Positions 1 through 8,395 are shown, counted from the first letter of the stretch. The stretch: DNA of 34,980 nt from Chloroflexota bacterium (GCA_003158495.1 PMJT01000179.1:906-35885); one strand, 5' to 3'. Notes: generated by a model from the letters alone, not told the origin. Translations and numbers: made by a program.

Positions 1-1333
1 CCGCAAGAGAGTCGTGGACCGGGCCCGCGGCGTTGGCCGGGAGCAAATCCGTGGCCGGCCTCACGCTCGCTGCGTAGATCGGGGCGGAGATGCTGCCGAG
101 GATCGCCACTCCGAAAGCCCCGCCGAGCTCGCGCGCGGTGCTGTTGATCGAGGAGGCGACGCCCTGCTTGGACCGTGGCAGAGCGCGGATCATGATTACG
201 GTGAGCGGTCCCATCGCGAAGCCCATGCCGGCGCCGATCAGGAAGAGGGTCGTGGCGACGAACGGGTAGCCGTCAGCGGCCCCGGCCATGCGCATGATCA
301 GGAGGCCGGCGGCGACGGTGGCCATCCCACCGGCGACGGTCACGCGTACCCCGAGGCGCCGGGCCGCGACCATTGCGAGGGGGCTGAAGACAGCCATCGA
401 GATCGCCAGCGGCAGGATCGAGTAGCCCGTCTCCATGGTGCCGAAGCCCAGCACGCCCTGGAGGTACTGGCTGAGGAAGAACATCGACCCGAAGAGGCCG
501 AAGCTCGTGAGCAGGACCGCAAGCACCGCGGAGCCGAAGGCGGGCTGCGCGAGCAGTCGAACGTCTAGGAGCGGGTCGGCCGTCGTGAGCTCGCGAACTA
601 AGAATCCGGCCAGGAGTGCGGCGGCGGCGGCGAAGAGCGCAACCTCGGAAGGGGCGGTCCAGCCGTTCGCCGGAGCTTCGATGACGCCGTAGACGAGTGC
701 CACCAGGCCACCGACGGAGAGCGCCGCTCCGGGCAGGTCGAGCGGAGCGGCGTTGGGGGAGCGGCCTTCCGGGACGAGCGCGACAACGCCGACGAGCGAG
801 ATCAGGACGATCGGAACGTTGATCAGAAAGATGGAACCCCAGGCGAAGTGCTCGAGCAGCCAACCCGCCAGGACCGGCCCGGCGACGATGCCGAGGCCCG
901 CGATGCCCGTCCAGATGCCGATCGCCTTCGGACGCTCCTCGGCGGAGAAGACGCTCGAGGTAACCGAAAGTGTGGAGGGCACGATCAACGCGCCGCCGAT
1001 GCCCATACCGGCGCGAAGCAGAATCAGGACCGTGGCGGAGGGAGCAAAGGTGCTGGCGAGCGAGCCGATGCCGAAGATGGTCAGCCCGACGAGCATCACG
1101 CGGCGACGGCCGTAACGGTCGCCCAGGGCGCCGGCTGCGAGCAGCAGCCCGGCAAACAGGAGCACATACGCGTCCACCATCCACTGCAGCTGGCTCGTGT
1201 CTGCGTGCAGATCGCGGGCCAGAGTCGGCAGCGCGACGTTGAGGATCGTGTTGTCCAGGTTGACGGTGAAGAGACTGACTATTAGGACGGCGAGGATCCA
1301 CCAGCGGCGGCTGTGGAGGGTCGGGTCCGGCAT
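1..1333 (-). CDS. MFS transporter, DHA2 (EmrB/QacA-type) drug:H+ antiporter family; 3' end lies beyond the left window edge
   Basis: Absent from the ORF track because its stop is outside the window. Manual reverse translation from ATG (complement of cat 1331-1333) gives MPDPTLHSRRWWILAVLIVSLFTVNLDNTILNVALPTLARDLHADTSQLQWMVDAYVLLFAGLL..., matching the LDxTIxNVALP and QWxxDAYxL signatures of DHA2 transporters. AGGAG lies about 10 nt upstream. No listed ORF ends at 1333, so that frame stays open. Divergent to a TetR gene. Confidence 0.85.
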   Translation of the reverse strand, partial: MPDPTLHSRRWWILAVLIVSLFTVNLDNTILNVALPTLARDLHADTSQLQWMVDAYVLLFAGLLLAAGALGDRYGRRRVMLVGLTIFGIGSLASTFAPSATVLILLRAGMGIGGALIVPSTLSVTSSVFSAEERPKAIGIWTGIAGLGIVAGPVLAGWLLEHFAWGSIFLINVPIVLISLVGVVALVPEGRSPNAAPLDLPGAALSVGGLVALVYGVIEAPANGWTAPSEVALFAAAAALLAGFLVRELTTADPLLDVRLLAQPAFGSAVLAVLLTSFGLFGSMFFLSQYLQGVLGFGTMETGYSILPLAISMAVFSPLAMVAARRLGVRVTVAGGMATVAAGLLIMRMAGAADGYPFVATTLFLIGAGMGFAMGPLTVIMIRALPRSKQGVASSINSTARELGGAFGVAILGSISAPIYAASVRPATDLLPANAAGPVHDSLA

Positions 1334-1400
1334 TGGTGCTGCGCTCCTGCTTGTTTCTCGTACTTCGAACGATGCTTGTGGTACCGCGTACGTGCTGTGC

Positions 1401-1415
1401 TAGTACGGTGTACTA
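1401..1415. promoter_or_regulatory. Perfect palindrome TAGTAC-GGT-GTACTA, candidate TetR operator; related TACTAGTA palindrome at 1432-1439 and GTACCGCGTAC at 1381-1391
   Basis: Read directly from the 153-bp MFS/TetR divergent intergenic region. TAGTAC/GTACTA half-sites recur three times, in an AT-richer patch than the surroundings. Confidence 0.5.
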
Positions 1416-1443
1416 TTGACGTCGCACAAGTTACTAGTACAAT
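1416..1443 (+). promoter_or_regulatory. Candidate sigma70-type promoter of the TetR gene (TTGACG-N16-TACAAT)
   Basis: TTGACG at 1416-1421, 16-nt spacer, TACAAT at 1438-1443, about 44 nt upstream of the TetR ATG. The TACTAGTA palindrome overlaps the spacer and -10, an autoregulation-like layout. Confidence 0.45.
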
Positions 1444-1486
1444 GCACGAGTGTCAAGCCCCAATCTCGCGGGCTTAGAGGAAACCG

Positions 1487-2302
1487 ATGAGCGACTACCA
1501 GAACCTGCCGACTCCGCCGTGGTGGAACAGCCGCGAGACCCGCCAGGCCGCTCGTGGTGAGAAGCGCCGGCTCCGTCATGAAGCGAGGCGCGCCGGGGAG
1601 CCCGGAGAACCCAGCGCGACGCAGCGCGAGCCGGTCACCCCGGAGCGCATCGCGGACGCCGCCCTGCGGGTTATCGATGCCCAGGGAATCGATGGACTGA
1701 CGGTTCGGTCGCTGGCGGTGGAGCTGGGCGTCGGAACGATGACGCTCTACTGGTATGTCCAGAACAAGGACGAGGTCCTCGAGCTTGTGGCCGACCGGCT
1801 GCTGGCCGACGTGTCATTTCCGCCGCCGGAAGGCGACTGGCGGATCTCGGTTCGTCAGGGCTGCACGTCCGTCAGGACCGCGTTGCTGCGGCACGCGAAG
1901 GCCGTCCCGATAATCGTGGGTCGCGGCGCGTTCGGCCCCAACGGACTGCGTATGACCGAGGCCTCGATCGCCGTCTTTCGCGCGGCCGGTTTCGATGCCG
2001 ACGTCGCGGCCGACGCCTACTTCACGATCTCCAACTTCGTCACGGGCTTCTGCATCTTCGAAACCTCGGCAGCCGGCTTTCGCCGGCGCCCGGATCTCGA
2101 CATGCGCGCCTACGGCCAGATGCTCCGGCAATACGTCGATTCGCTTCCGCCGGCCCTCTATCCGAACCTCCAGGCGTCGGCCGAGCGGATCTTCGGCCAC
2201 AACCTCGAAGAGCGTTTCTCGTTCGGCGTCAACTGCTTGATCGCCGGCTTCGAGGCCAAACTGGCCGCCGGCGGGGCCGCCAGTCGGGCCGTCGGCCAGT
2301 AG
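1487..2302 (+). CDS. TetR/AcrR-family transcriptional regulator with a roughly 55-aa basic N-terminal tail
   Basis: HTH segment LTVRSLAVELGVGTMTLYWYVQNKDEVLELV is typical of TetR_N. AGAGGA lies 5 nt upstream of the ATG. Divergent from an MFS efflux gene. Confidence 0.9.
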   Translation: MSDYQNLPTPPWWNSRETRQAARGEKRRLRHEARRAGEPGEPSATQREPVTPERIADAALRVIDAQGIDGLTVRSLAVELGVGTMTLYWYVQNKDEVLELVADRLLADVSFPPPEGDWRISVRQGCTSVRTALLRHAKAVPIIVGRGAFGPNGLRMTEASIAVFRAAGFDADVAADAYFTISNFVTGFCIFETSAAGFRRRPDLDMRAYGQMLRQYVDSLPPALYPNLQASAERIFGHNLEERFSFGVNCLIAGFEAKLAAGGAASRAVGQ

Positions 2303-2535
2303 CTGGGAGAGCCAGGCCCCGTCGCATGGCAGAGCCCGCCCGTATGGCAGATCGTTGTCGGTCGCACCGGGATATCCAGCGGCGCGTGCCGCGGTCGTCG
2401 GGCCTATTCACACGGGTGGGAGAATGTGCCGAACACGGGGAGCTTGGACGCGCGGTCCACACCCTGGCCGCCGGGACCGCGCCGAGCTACTGGCGAGACC
2501 GACCCGCGTGGAATGCGTCCCAAGGAGCTGTCATT

Positions 2536-2874
2536 GTGAAGCGAGTCCTGGTGCGCGGCCGATTCGCTCGTTTGTCGCGGGTGCTGGCGAGCGCCCTGTT
2601 GGCGATCTGCCTGGTCGCGTCCGTTCCGGCTACGGCAGCCGCTTCTGGCAGCCCGACGCGGCTTCAGCGCCTGGTTTGGAACGTTGCGTGCGAATACGTG
2701 GCCAGGGGAACGGTGGCTCCAGAGGTTGCGCTCGTCTGTGTGCACAGCGGCATCCCGATGTGGAGCGCCCGACCACTCAAGGTGCTGCAGGTTCTCTGCG
2801 AGCGCGGGTTGCGTGGCACGTACGACTACCGGTCCGAGTATCCGAGCGAGCTCGCTGCCTGCTTCTTCAACTGA
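2536..2874 (+). CDS. Small secreted hypothetical protein (112 aa) with four Cys in the mature part
   Basis: GTG at 2536 is preceded by AAGGAG (2522-2527). N-terminus VKRVLVRGRFARLSRVLASALLAICLVASVPATAAA looks like a Sec signal peptide. The mature part has C at CEY, CVH, CER and ACFF. The longer track ORFs (2326.., 2355..) add Arg-rich non-coding-looking sequence. Confidence 0.55.
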   Translation: MKRVLVRGRFARLSRVLASALLAICLVASVPATAAASGSPTRLQRLVWNVACEYVARGTVAPEVALVCVHSGIPMWSARPLKVLQVLCERGLRGTYDYRSEYPSELAACFFN

Positions 2875-2968
2875 GCGTTTGACCAGCCTTTCTGCCGTCC
2901 GACCCTCGCGGCATGGACGGCCCGGCGGCCTTCGGCTGTTGAATCGGGCACTGCGCGCGGGACGGACC

Positions 2969-4330
2969 CTACCCTGCGGCTCCCCAGCCGTCGGCGAACA
3001 TCCCGTCGGCGTCGAAGCGGATAGGAGCGGGGGCGCGGACGATCTCACAGCGGCCGGTTTCCAGCGCGGCCGCCACGGCGGGTTCGCTGACCCAGAGCAT
3101 GTCCAGGTGCTTGGTGTCGGGCACGCGAACGATCCGGGCGTCCGTCGACTCCACGGCCACGCAGCAGGCCAGCGCGATGGCCAGGGCGGATCGGTCGTCC
3201 GGCAGCGTTACCCCGACCCGGGCCCCCTCGGGTGTCTTGGCCGTGACGCTGTTCATGTAGGTCTTCGCGGCGTCCATCTTTCGAACCGCCCGCTCCAGTA
3301 CGACGTCCGCAAGCCCGATGCCCACGGCGTTTCCCTCGGTGGCGTCGGTCAGGTCGCGCACGACGATGCGCTGGATCGACGGCCCGCTGCCCGTTGGCCC
3401 GGCGTAGTAGCGGCCGACGACGTTCGAGTCCATGCCGAGGCCGCTGATGTCCTTGCCGATGGCGTCGAGGACCAGGACATCGATCTGCGAAAACGGGAGT
3501 CGCGGCATTAGATCGCGGGCAAACACGAGCAACTCGCGCTCCCGGCGTGCCATGTGCGCGGCGGCGACCGCCTCGATATGCGCAAGGTGAGCGTAGCCGT
3601 TCTCGATCAGCGCGAGCCCGAACGGGATCTTCGCGCGGGCAAGAGTAAATTCGGCCGTTTGCGGGATCAGGTCGTGGAAGACGGCGAAACCCTGGCGGTG
3701 GAGCGTGTCCGCGCCGTGCTGCTTGCCGAGCCCGATCGCGATCATCTTCATGAGGCCGCTTTCGATCTCGCCGCTGAAGTCCGTGTGCGGCTTCACCCGG
3801 TTGATCGGGACGATCGCGTCGGCTTCCTGGTAGGCGTGGCGGTCGATGAAGATCGGCACGCCAGGCCTGACCTCGCCGAGTTCCACGGTCTCCATGCCGG
3901 ACCGGATCTCGCAGCCGATCGATTCTTCGGTAATGCCCAGCGAGGCCAGAACGTGGATCTGGCCCTCCGCGGTGGCGCCGCCGTGGCTGCCCATGGCCGG
4001 CACGACGAACACGTCCGCCCGGGCCGTGCGGAGCCAGGCCACGGTCGCGCGAACGACCTCGTCTATGCGGTCGATGCCGCGGCTGCCGGCGGCGACACAG
4101 ACCCGGCTGCCGGGGGCGATCAACCCTGCCATCGGGGCAAGGGCGTACGACACCGACGTCGCCACGTCCCGCACCTGGGCCGTCTCGAGGCGCTGGCGGA
4201 CCAGCGCCCAGCCCGGCAGGGGCCGCCGCATGAACTCATCGAATGCCCCGCCCGGGGCGACGACCACGTGCGTGGGCGGATCGCTCAGTTCCGACTGCGA
4301 GGTTGACTCCGGACGCGGCTGATGATCCAT
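2969..4330 (-). CDS. LarA-like (LarA_N/DUF2088, lactate-racemase-domain) protein
   Basis: 453-aa ORF with coding-like composition. Segments VVPAMGSHGGATAEGQ and RVKPHTDFSGEIESGLMK resemble, from memory, the His108 and His174/Lys184 regions of nickel-pincer LarA. Last gene of the xylA-xylB-epimerase string. Confidence 0.6.
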   Translation of the reverse strand: MDHQPRPESTSQSELSDPPTHVVVAPGGAFDEFMRRPLPGWALVRQRLETAQVRDVATSVSYALAPMAGLIAPGSRVCVAAGSRGIDRIDEVVRATVAWLRTARADVFVVPAMGSHGGATAEGQIHVLASLGITEESIGCEIRSGMETVELGEVRPGVPIFIDRHAYQEADAIVPINRVKPHTDFSGEIESGLMKMIAIGLGKQHGADTLHRQGFAVFHDLIPQTAEFTLARAKIPFGLALIENGYAHLAHIEAVAAAHMARRERELLVFARDLMPRLPFSQIDVLVLDAIGKDISGLGMDSNVVGRYYAGPTGSGPSIQRIVVRDLTDATEGNAVGIGLADVVLERAVRKMDAAKTYMNSVTAKTPEGARVGVTLPDDRSALAIALACCVAVESTDARIVRVPDTKHLDMLWVSEPAVAAALETGRCEIVRAPAPIRFDADGMFADGWGAAG

Positions 4331-4369
4331 GACCGTACTCTACGCCTCCGCCGGACGGCCGCGGAAACG

Positions 4370-5233
4370 CTATCGGGCGGCCGGCGCCCAGTTCCAGCGG
4401 GTCCAGGCCGAGAGGCGTTCGCCGGCGCCGAGCATCGCCAGACCCGTGTCCTGGCGGCCGTCCTGGGTCAGCCGAAGGGCGTCCGGCCAGGCGGTCATAG
4501 GCTCGACACAAACGGCCTCGGGATGGTTGTAGACGACGACGGACCCAACCGAGGGCCCGAATTCGATCTCGAGCCGGAGGTCCGGCCAGCACAATTCGGC
4601 CGGCGAGGCCACCGACGTGTACACGTCGTCGATGCTCCGCGATCCGATTGCGGGCGTGGACCGCAGGTCCGTTCTCGAGTCGACCGGATCCAATTCGCCT
4701 GTTGGGATCAGTTCCTCGGTGAGTCTCAGGACGCGATCGCCGGCAACGCCGACGCGAACCTCGCCGTCGCCCCTCACGAACCACGGATGCCAGCCCAGTG
4801 CGGCGGGCATAGGCTCGTCTGCCTCGATCGAGGCCTCGAGCGACAGCCCGCCCGACCCGAGTGAGATTCGTTGGAATACCCGACCGCGGAACGGCCACCT
4901 GGATCGATCCATTTCGCAGACCAGGGCCACGGCGTTGTCGGTCTGGGCCACGATCCGCCACGGGACGTCGAACACGGTGCCGTGGATGGCATGCCTGCCA
5001 TGGTTGAGTGGAATGGCGATCACTTGATCGTTCCAGGCCAGGACGCCCTCGGACAGCCGGCCGACGAACGGGGCCATCAGGAAGCTGCCCCAAGACAGGG
5101 CCGGCTCGACCACGCCGGTTTGCGGCTCGACTCTTAGCCTCTCCCGGCCGGCGATTACGAAGGATGCGACGCGGCCGCCCTGGTCCGGATCGACGACGGC
5201 GTGGTTCTCGCCCTCTCCGAGGGTGACGGTCAT
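4370..5233 (-). CDS. Aldose 1-epimerase (galactose mutarotase-like) family protein
   Basis: 287 aa. VVDPDQGGRVASF, HGTVFDVPWRIV and GWHPWF are typical of the aldose-epimerase fold. Its ATG overlaps the xylB stop as ATGA (5230-5233), suggesting translational coupling. Confidence 0.8.
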   Translation of the reverse strand: MTVTLGEGENHAVVDPDQGGRVASFVIAGRERLRVEPQTGVVEPALSWGSFLMAPFVGRLSEGVLAWNDQVIAIPLNHGRHAIHGTVFDVPWRIVAQTDNAVALVCEMDRSRWPFRGRVFQRISLGSGGLSLEASIEADEPMPAALGWHPWFVRGDGEVRVGVAGDRVLRLTEELIPTGELDPVDSRTDLRSTPAIGSRSIDDVYTSVASPAELCWPDLRLEIEFGPSVGSVVVYNHPEAVCVEPMTAWPDALRLTQDGRQDTGLAMLGAGERLSAWTRWNWAPAAR

Positions 5234-6681
5234 CGGCTCACCGGGCGGCTTTGGACGGCCTCGAGGGCGAGCTGCCGTACGGCGCGGTGGTGCGAGATGA
5301 CGTCGTCGTCACGCGGCATTGGCTCGAGGCCCATGCCGGCGTCGGTGCGCCAGCCTGCGACAACCGTCTGCGGCGGAACCTTGCGCAGGACGGCTGCGGC
5401 CTGGGCGGCGGCCCCGATGGCGACCAGCTCGCCTGCCGCCGGGATCCGGATGGGCCGGCCGGAGAGCCGCCGCGTGACCTGCTGCCACGTAGCGCCCTTG
5501 GCCCCGCCGCCGATTAGCGTGAGGGGCGCCTTCGGATCCACGCCGGAAGAAGATGCGTCGATCGTCTGCAGCGCGTCGAGCAGGCCCATGACGGCGCCTT
5601 CGTAGGTGGCCATGAGGATGGAGCGCGGGTCCGTGTCATGGCGCAGGCCGAAAATGGCGGCCGCGGCGCCCGGGAGGTTCGGCGTTCGCTCGCCGTCGAA
5701 ATAGGGCAGCACCACGACGCCGTTGCTGGGGGCGACGTCGTCGCGCGACAGCCCGAGCCATGCCGCCATCCGGTCCACGGCCAGCGTGCAGTTGAGCGTT
5801 GCCGCCAGGGGCAGGAAGCGGCCGGTGGCGTCGGCGAACCCGGCCACGCTGCCCGTCGGGTCGGCGGTCCGGCTCGTGGAGACGAGATAGACCGTGCCGG
5901 ACGTGCCCAGGCTCAGGACGGGAGCGCCGGGCTCGAGCCCGAGGCCGAGGGCCGCGCCCATGTTGTCGCCCGTGCCGGGCCCGACGACTATTCCTGCGCG
6001 AAGTCCCGTGGCTTCCGCCGCGGCCGTGGTCAGCGTGCCGGCCGCTTCGTCCGGCCACAGGACGCGCGGCAACAACTCCTCGGGCAGCGCGAGCTCGGGT
6101 AGATCCAGGACCGAGCCTACATAGGCCTCGGATTCCGTGGACCACCAGGCCGTGCCCGAGGCGTCGCCTCGGTCTGTCACGCCGGCTCCGGACAGGCGCT
6201 CGGTCAGGTAGTCGTGCGGCAGCCTGATCGCCGCAGTCCGCGCGACGGTTTGCGGCTCGCGCCGCCGCAGCCAGGCCCACTTGGTTGCGGTGAAGGAGGC
6301 GACCGGCACGACCCCGATGCGGGCCGCCCAGGCTGTAGCGCCGCCCAGTGCCTCGAGCAGTCGCACGGCGTCCGAGGCAGAACGAGTGTCGTTCCAGAGC
6401 ATCGCCGGCCTGATCGGGACGCCCGCGGCGTCGAGGCAGACGAGGCCGTGCTGCTGGCCGGCGACCGAGATCCCCGACACTTCACCGGCCAGCCCGGTCT
6501 GGGCCACGGCCGTCCGGAGCGCTTCCCACCACACGTCGGGATGGGTCTCGCGGGCACCGCCCGTGCCGGTGACGGCGTGAGCGGCCTGGCCCAGTGCCAC
6601 GATCTCGCCGCTGTCGGCGTCGACGACGACGACTTTGGTGGATTGCGTCGAGCAATCCACGCCCGCGACGAGCGTCCTCAT
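5230..6681 (-). CDS. xylB: Xylulokinase (FGGY carbohydrate kinase)
   Basis: 483 aa. N-terminus MRTLVAGVDCSTQSTKVVVVD plus GDNMGAALG and the FGGY C-terminal pattern. GGAGG lies 4 nt upstream. Immediately downstream of xylA. Confidence 0.9.
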   Translation of the reverse strand: MRTLVAGVDCSTQSTKVVVVDADSGEIVALGQAAHAVTGTGGARETHPDVWWEALRTAVAQTGLAGEVSGISVAGQQHGLVCLDAAGVPIRPAMLWNDTRSASDAVRLLEALGGATAWAARIGVVPVASFTATKWAWLRRREPQTVARTAAIRLPHDYLTERLSGAGVTDRGDASGTAWWSTESEAYVGSVLDLPELALPEELLPRVLWPDEAAGTLTTAAAEATGLRAGIVVGPGTGDNMGAALGLGLEPGAPVLSLGTSGTVYLVSTSRTADPTGSVAGFADATGRFLPLAATLNCTLAVDRMAAWLGLSRDDVAPSNGVVVLPYFDGERTPNLPGAAAAIFGLRHDTDPRSILMATYEGAVMGLLDALQTIDASSSGVDPKAPLTLIGGGAKGATWQQVTRRLSGRPIRIPAAGELVAIGAAAQAAAVLRKVPPQTVVAGWRTDAGMGLEPMPRDDDVISHHRAVRQLALEAVQSRPVSR

Positions 6682-6717
6682 GCGTCCTCCCCGTGGTCTC
6701 GAGACTACGAATCGTGC

Positions 6718-7911
6718 CTAGCGCAGGCCCATCAGGAGATCCATGACCAGCTGATCGAGCCGTTCATTGTAGTAGCCGCGATCGGCCAGAACGGCCGGGT
6801 CGCCGGCGGTGGACTGCAGTTCCGCAGCAGCAGCCGCCGAATACTTGCCGACCGTGGGCTTGGCCAGTTCGGGGACCGATGCCGCCTCGAGAGCGGCCTG
6901 GATCTCTTTGTCCGCAGCGAAACGGTGAGCCTTCTCCTTGAGTGCCAAGTATGTTCGCATGCAGCCGGCCGCGAAGTCCCACACGCCTTCCGGGTTCTCA
7001 TTGCGGTATGCGTGGGCGTCGAAGTGCCGCGCGCCCGAATAGCCCGACTCCTCGAGCAGCTTGACGAGGAAGAAGTCGTCCTTGATTCCCTCTGAGCCGA
7101 AGCGCAAATCCTGGTCGTAGCGGCCTATCTTCTGGCCGTTGAGGTCGATGTGGAAGAGCTTGCCCTGCCATAGGGCCTGGGAGACGGCGTGGTAGAACGA
7201 CAGGCCGGACATCGTCTCGTGGGCGAATTCCGGGTTCACGCCGAACATGTCCGGCTTGTCGAGCGTGCTGATGAACCCGAGGGCGTGACCCACTGTCGGC
7301 AGGAAAGCGTCACCGCGCGGTTCGTTCGGCTTCGGCTCGAGCGCGCACCGCATGTTGTAGCCGCGGTCGACGATGTAGGCGGAGAGGAAGTTCATTGCCT
7401 CGCGCATCCGGTCGAGAGCATCCCCGACCGGCTTCGACGCCATCGCCTCCACGCCTTCGCGCCCACCCCAGAAGACATATACGGGTGCGCCGAGTTCGGC
7501 ACCCAGGTCGATCGCGCGCATCGTCTTGGCCAGCGCGTAGCGCCGAACCTTCCGATCGTTCGAGGTGAAGGCGCCATCCTTGAAGACGGGATGACCGAAG
7601 AGATTGGTCGTGGCCATCGACACGACAATGCCGGTCTCTTCGAGTGTGGCCCGGAAGCGACGCACGACCTCGTCCCGCTGGGGAAGGGAAGAACCGGGCG
7701 GGACGAGGTCGTCGTCGTGGAAGCAGACGCCGTACGCACCGAGCGCGGCCAGTCGACGAACGCTTTCGTTCGGATCGATGCGCGCCCGCGTCGAGGTGCC
7801 GAAGGGGTCCGAGCCGGTGTTGCCGACGGTCCAGAGCCCAAACGTGAACTTGTGCTCGGGGCGGGGCTGCAGCGAGTCCTCACCTAGTGCGTTCTGTCGT
7901 TCCTGGGCCAT
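6718..7911 (-). CDS. xylA: Xylose isomerase (actinobacterial class I type)
   Basis: 397 aa containing [31 protein letters not shown] and DQDLRFG, hallmark motifs of Streptomyces/Actinoplanes-type XylA. Strong AAGGAGGTCC RBS 5-6 nt upstream. Confidence 0.97.
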   Translation of the reverse strand: MAQERQNALGEDSLQPRPEHKFTFGLWTVGNTGSDPFGTSTRARIDPNESVRRLAALGAYGVCFHDDDLVPPGSSLPQRDEVVRRFRATLEETGIVVSMATTNLFGHPVFKDGAFTSNDRKVRRYALAKTMRAIDLGAELGAPVYVFWGGREGVEAMASKPVGDALDRMREAMNFLSAYIVDRGYNMRCALEPKPNEPRGDAFLPTVGHALGFISTLDKPDMFGVNPEFAHETMSGLSFYHAVSQALWQGKLFHIDLNGQKIGRYDQDLRFGSEGIKDDFFLVKLLEESGYSGARHFDAHAYRNENPEGVWDFAAGCMRTYLALKEKAHRFAADKEIQAALEAASVPELAKPTVGKYSAAAAAELQSTAGDPAVLADRGYYNERLDQLVMDLLMGLR

Positions 7912-7924
7912 TCGTGGACCTCCT

Positions 7925-8209
7925 TCAAGAAATGGATGGGGCAGCGGCGACCGAACCGGAGAACGCTGGCTCGGGACCCGAGCCTCGACCGGCGGCGGCG
8001 AGTTCCTGGGGCGTGGCTTGCCCGGACTCGCCCGCTGCGTGTATGCAGGCAGCAGCCTGAGACGGTCTCAGGAGCGGCGTTCGGCCGGCGAGCGGCACGG
8101 TCGGCTCAGTCGACCGGACCCCCGCCACGCTGTCGAAGGCGTCGCCGAGGCGGGCGCGGCTGCCAGTGGCAAACCGAACCTCGCACAGGTTCGAAGCCTT
8201 CTCCGTCAT
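7925..8209 (-). CDS. Possible small upstream ORF (94 aa) in the xylA leader; may be non-coding
   Basis: ATG at 8209 with GGAGG about 10 nt upstream. High GC3 (about 80% by eye). Stop overlaps the xylA RBS. No recognisable domain and a low-complexity Ala/Gly/Ser C-terminus. Confidence 0.25.
   Translation of the reverse strand: MTEKASNLCEVRFATGSRARLGDAFDSVAGVRSTEPTVPLAGRTPLLRPSQAAACIHAAGESGQATPQELAAAGRGSGPEPAFSGSVAAAPSIS
8056..8072. promoter_or_regulatory. 17-bp palindrome CCTGAGAC-G-GTCTCAGG upstream of xylA (candidate operator or RNA hairpin)
   Basis: 8-nt perfect arms read directly, about 145 nt upstream of the xylA ATG. A second GTCTC/GAGAC palindrome (GTCTCGAGAC, 6696-6705) lies between xylA and xylB. 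Confidence 0.3.
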
Positions 8210-8314
8210 CTCGACGACGCCTCCACAGGTGCTCTTGCCGCGTCAACCCGGCCGATCGCACAACTCCTCCCACCCACGACAAGCGTCGGCGCCGGTCCGG
8301 GGCATGGTCGCGCA

Positions 8315-8343
8315 ATCGTATGCCGCATATCCATAGTCAGCAA
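8315..8343 (-). promoter_or_regulatory. Candidate promoter for the xylA operon (TTGCTG-N17-TACGAT on the minus strand)
   Basis: Reverse complement of 8315-8343 reads TTGCTGactatggatatgcggcaTACGAT. It sits back-to-back, 14 bp away, with the plus-strand SBP promoter. A CGTATGC box (8317-8323) overlaps its -10. Confidence 0.4.
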
Positions 8344-8356
8344 GCCCCCTGTGACC

Positions 8357-8395
8357 CTTGACCCGGCAGCACACGTATGCTACATAGGTATGCAT
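8357..8395 (+). promoter_or_regulatory. Promoter/operator module copy A: CTTGACCC-N9-CGTATGCTACATAGGTAT-GCAT (TTGACC -35, TGc-TACATA extended -10)
   Basis: TTGACC 8358-8363, 17-nt spacer, TACATA 8381-8386 preceded by TGC. The 18-mer 8374-8391 is identical to 19519-19536, upstream of the second SBP gene. Confidence 0.55.

Noticed and set aside
14-1301. Track ORFs 14..568(+), 273..1301(-), 753..1115(+), 848..1285(+) and similar
   Set aside because: Arg/Pro/Gly-rich translations are typical of off-frame or antisense shadow ORFs in GC-rich DNA. The third minus frame, which has no stop in the window, encodes a clean DHA2 MFS transporter that explains the region.
2326-2535. Direct repeat ATGGCAGA (2326-2333 and 2344-2351) and long versions of the 2326/2355 ORFs
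   Set aside because: The 8-nt repeat is short enough to be chance. The long ORFs add Arg-rich sequence upstream of a good AAGGAG-GTG start at 2536.
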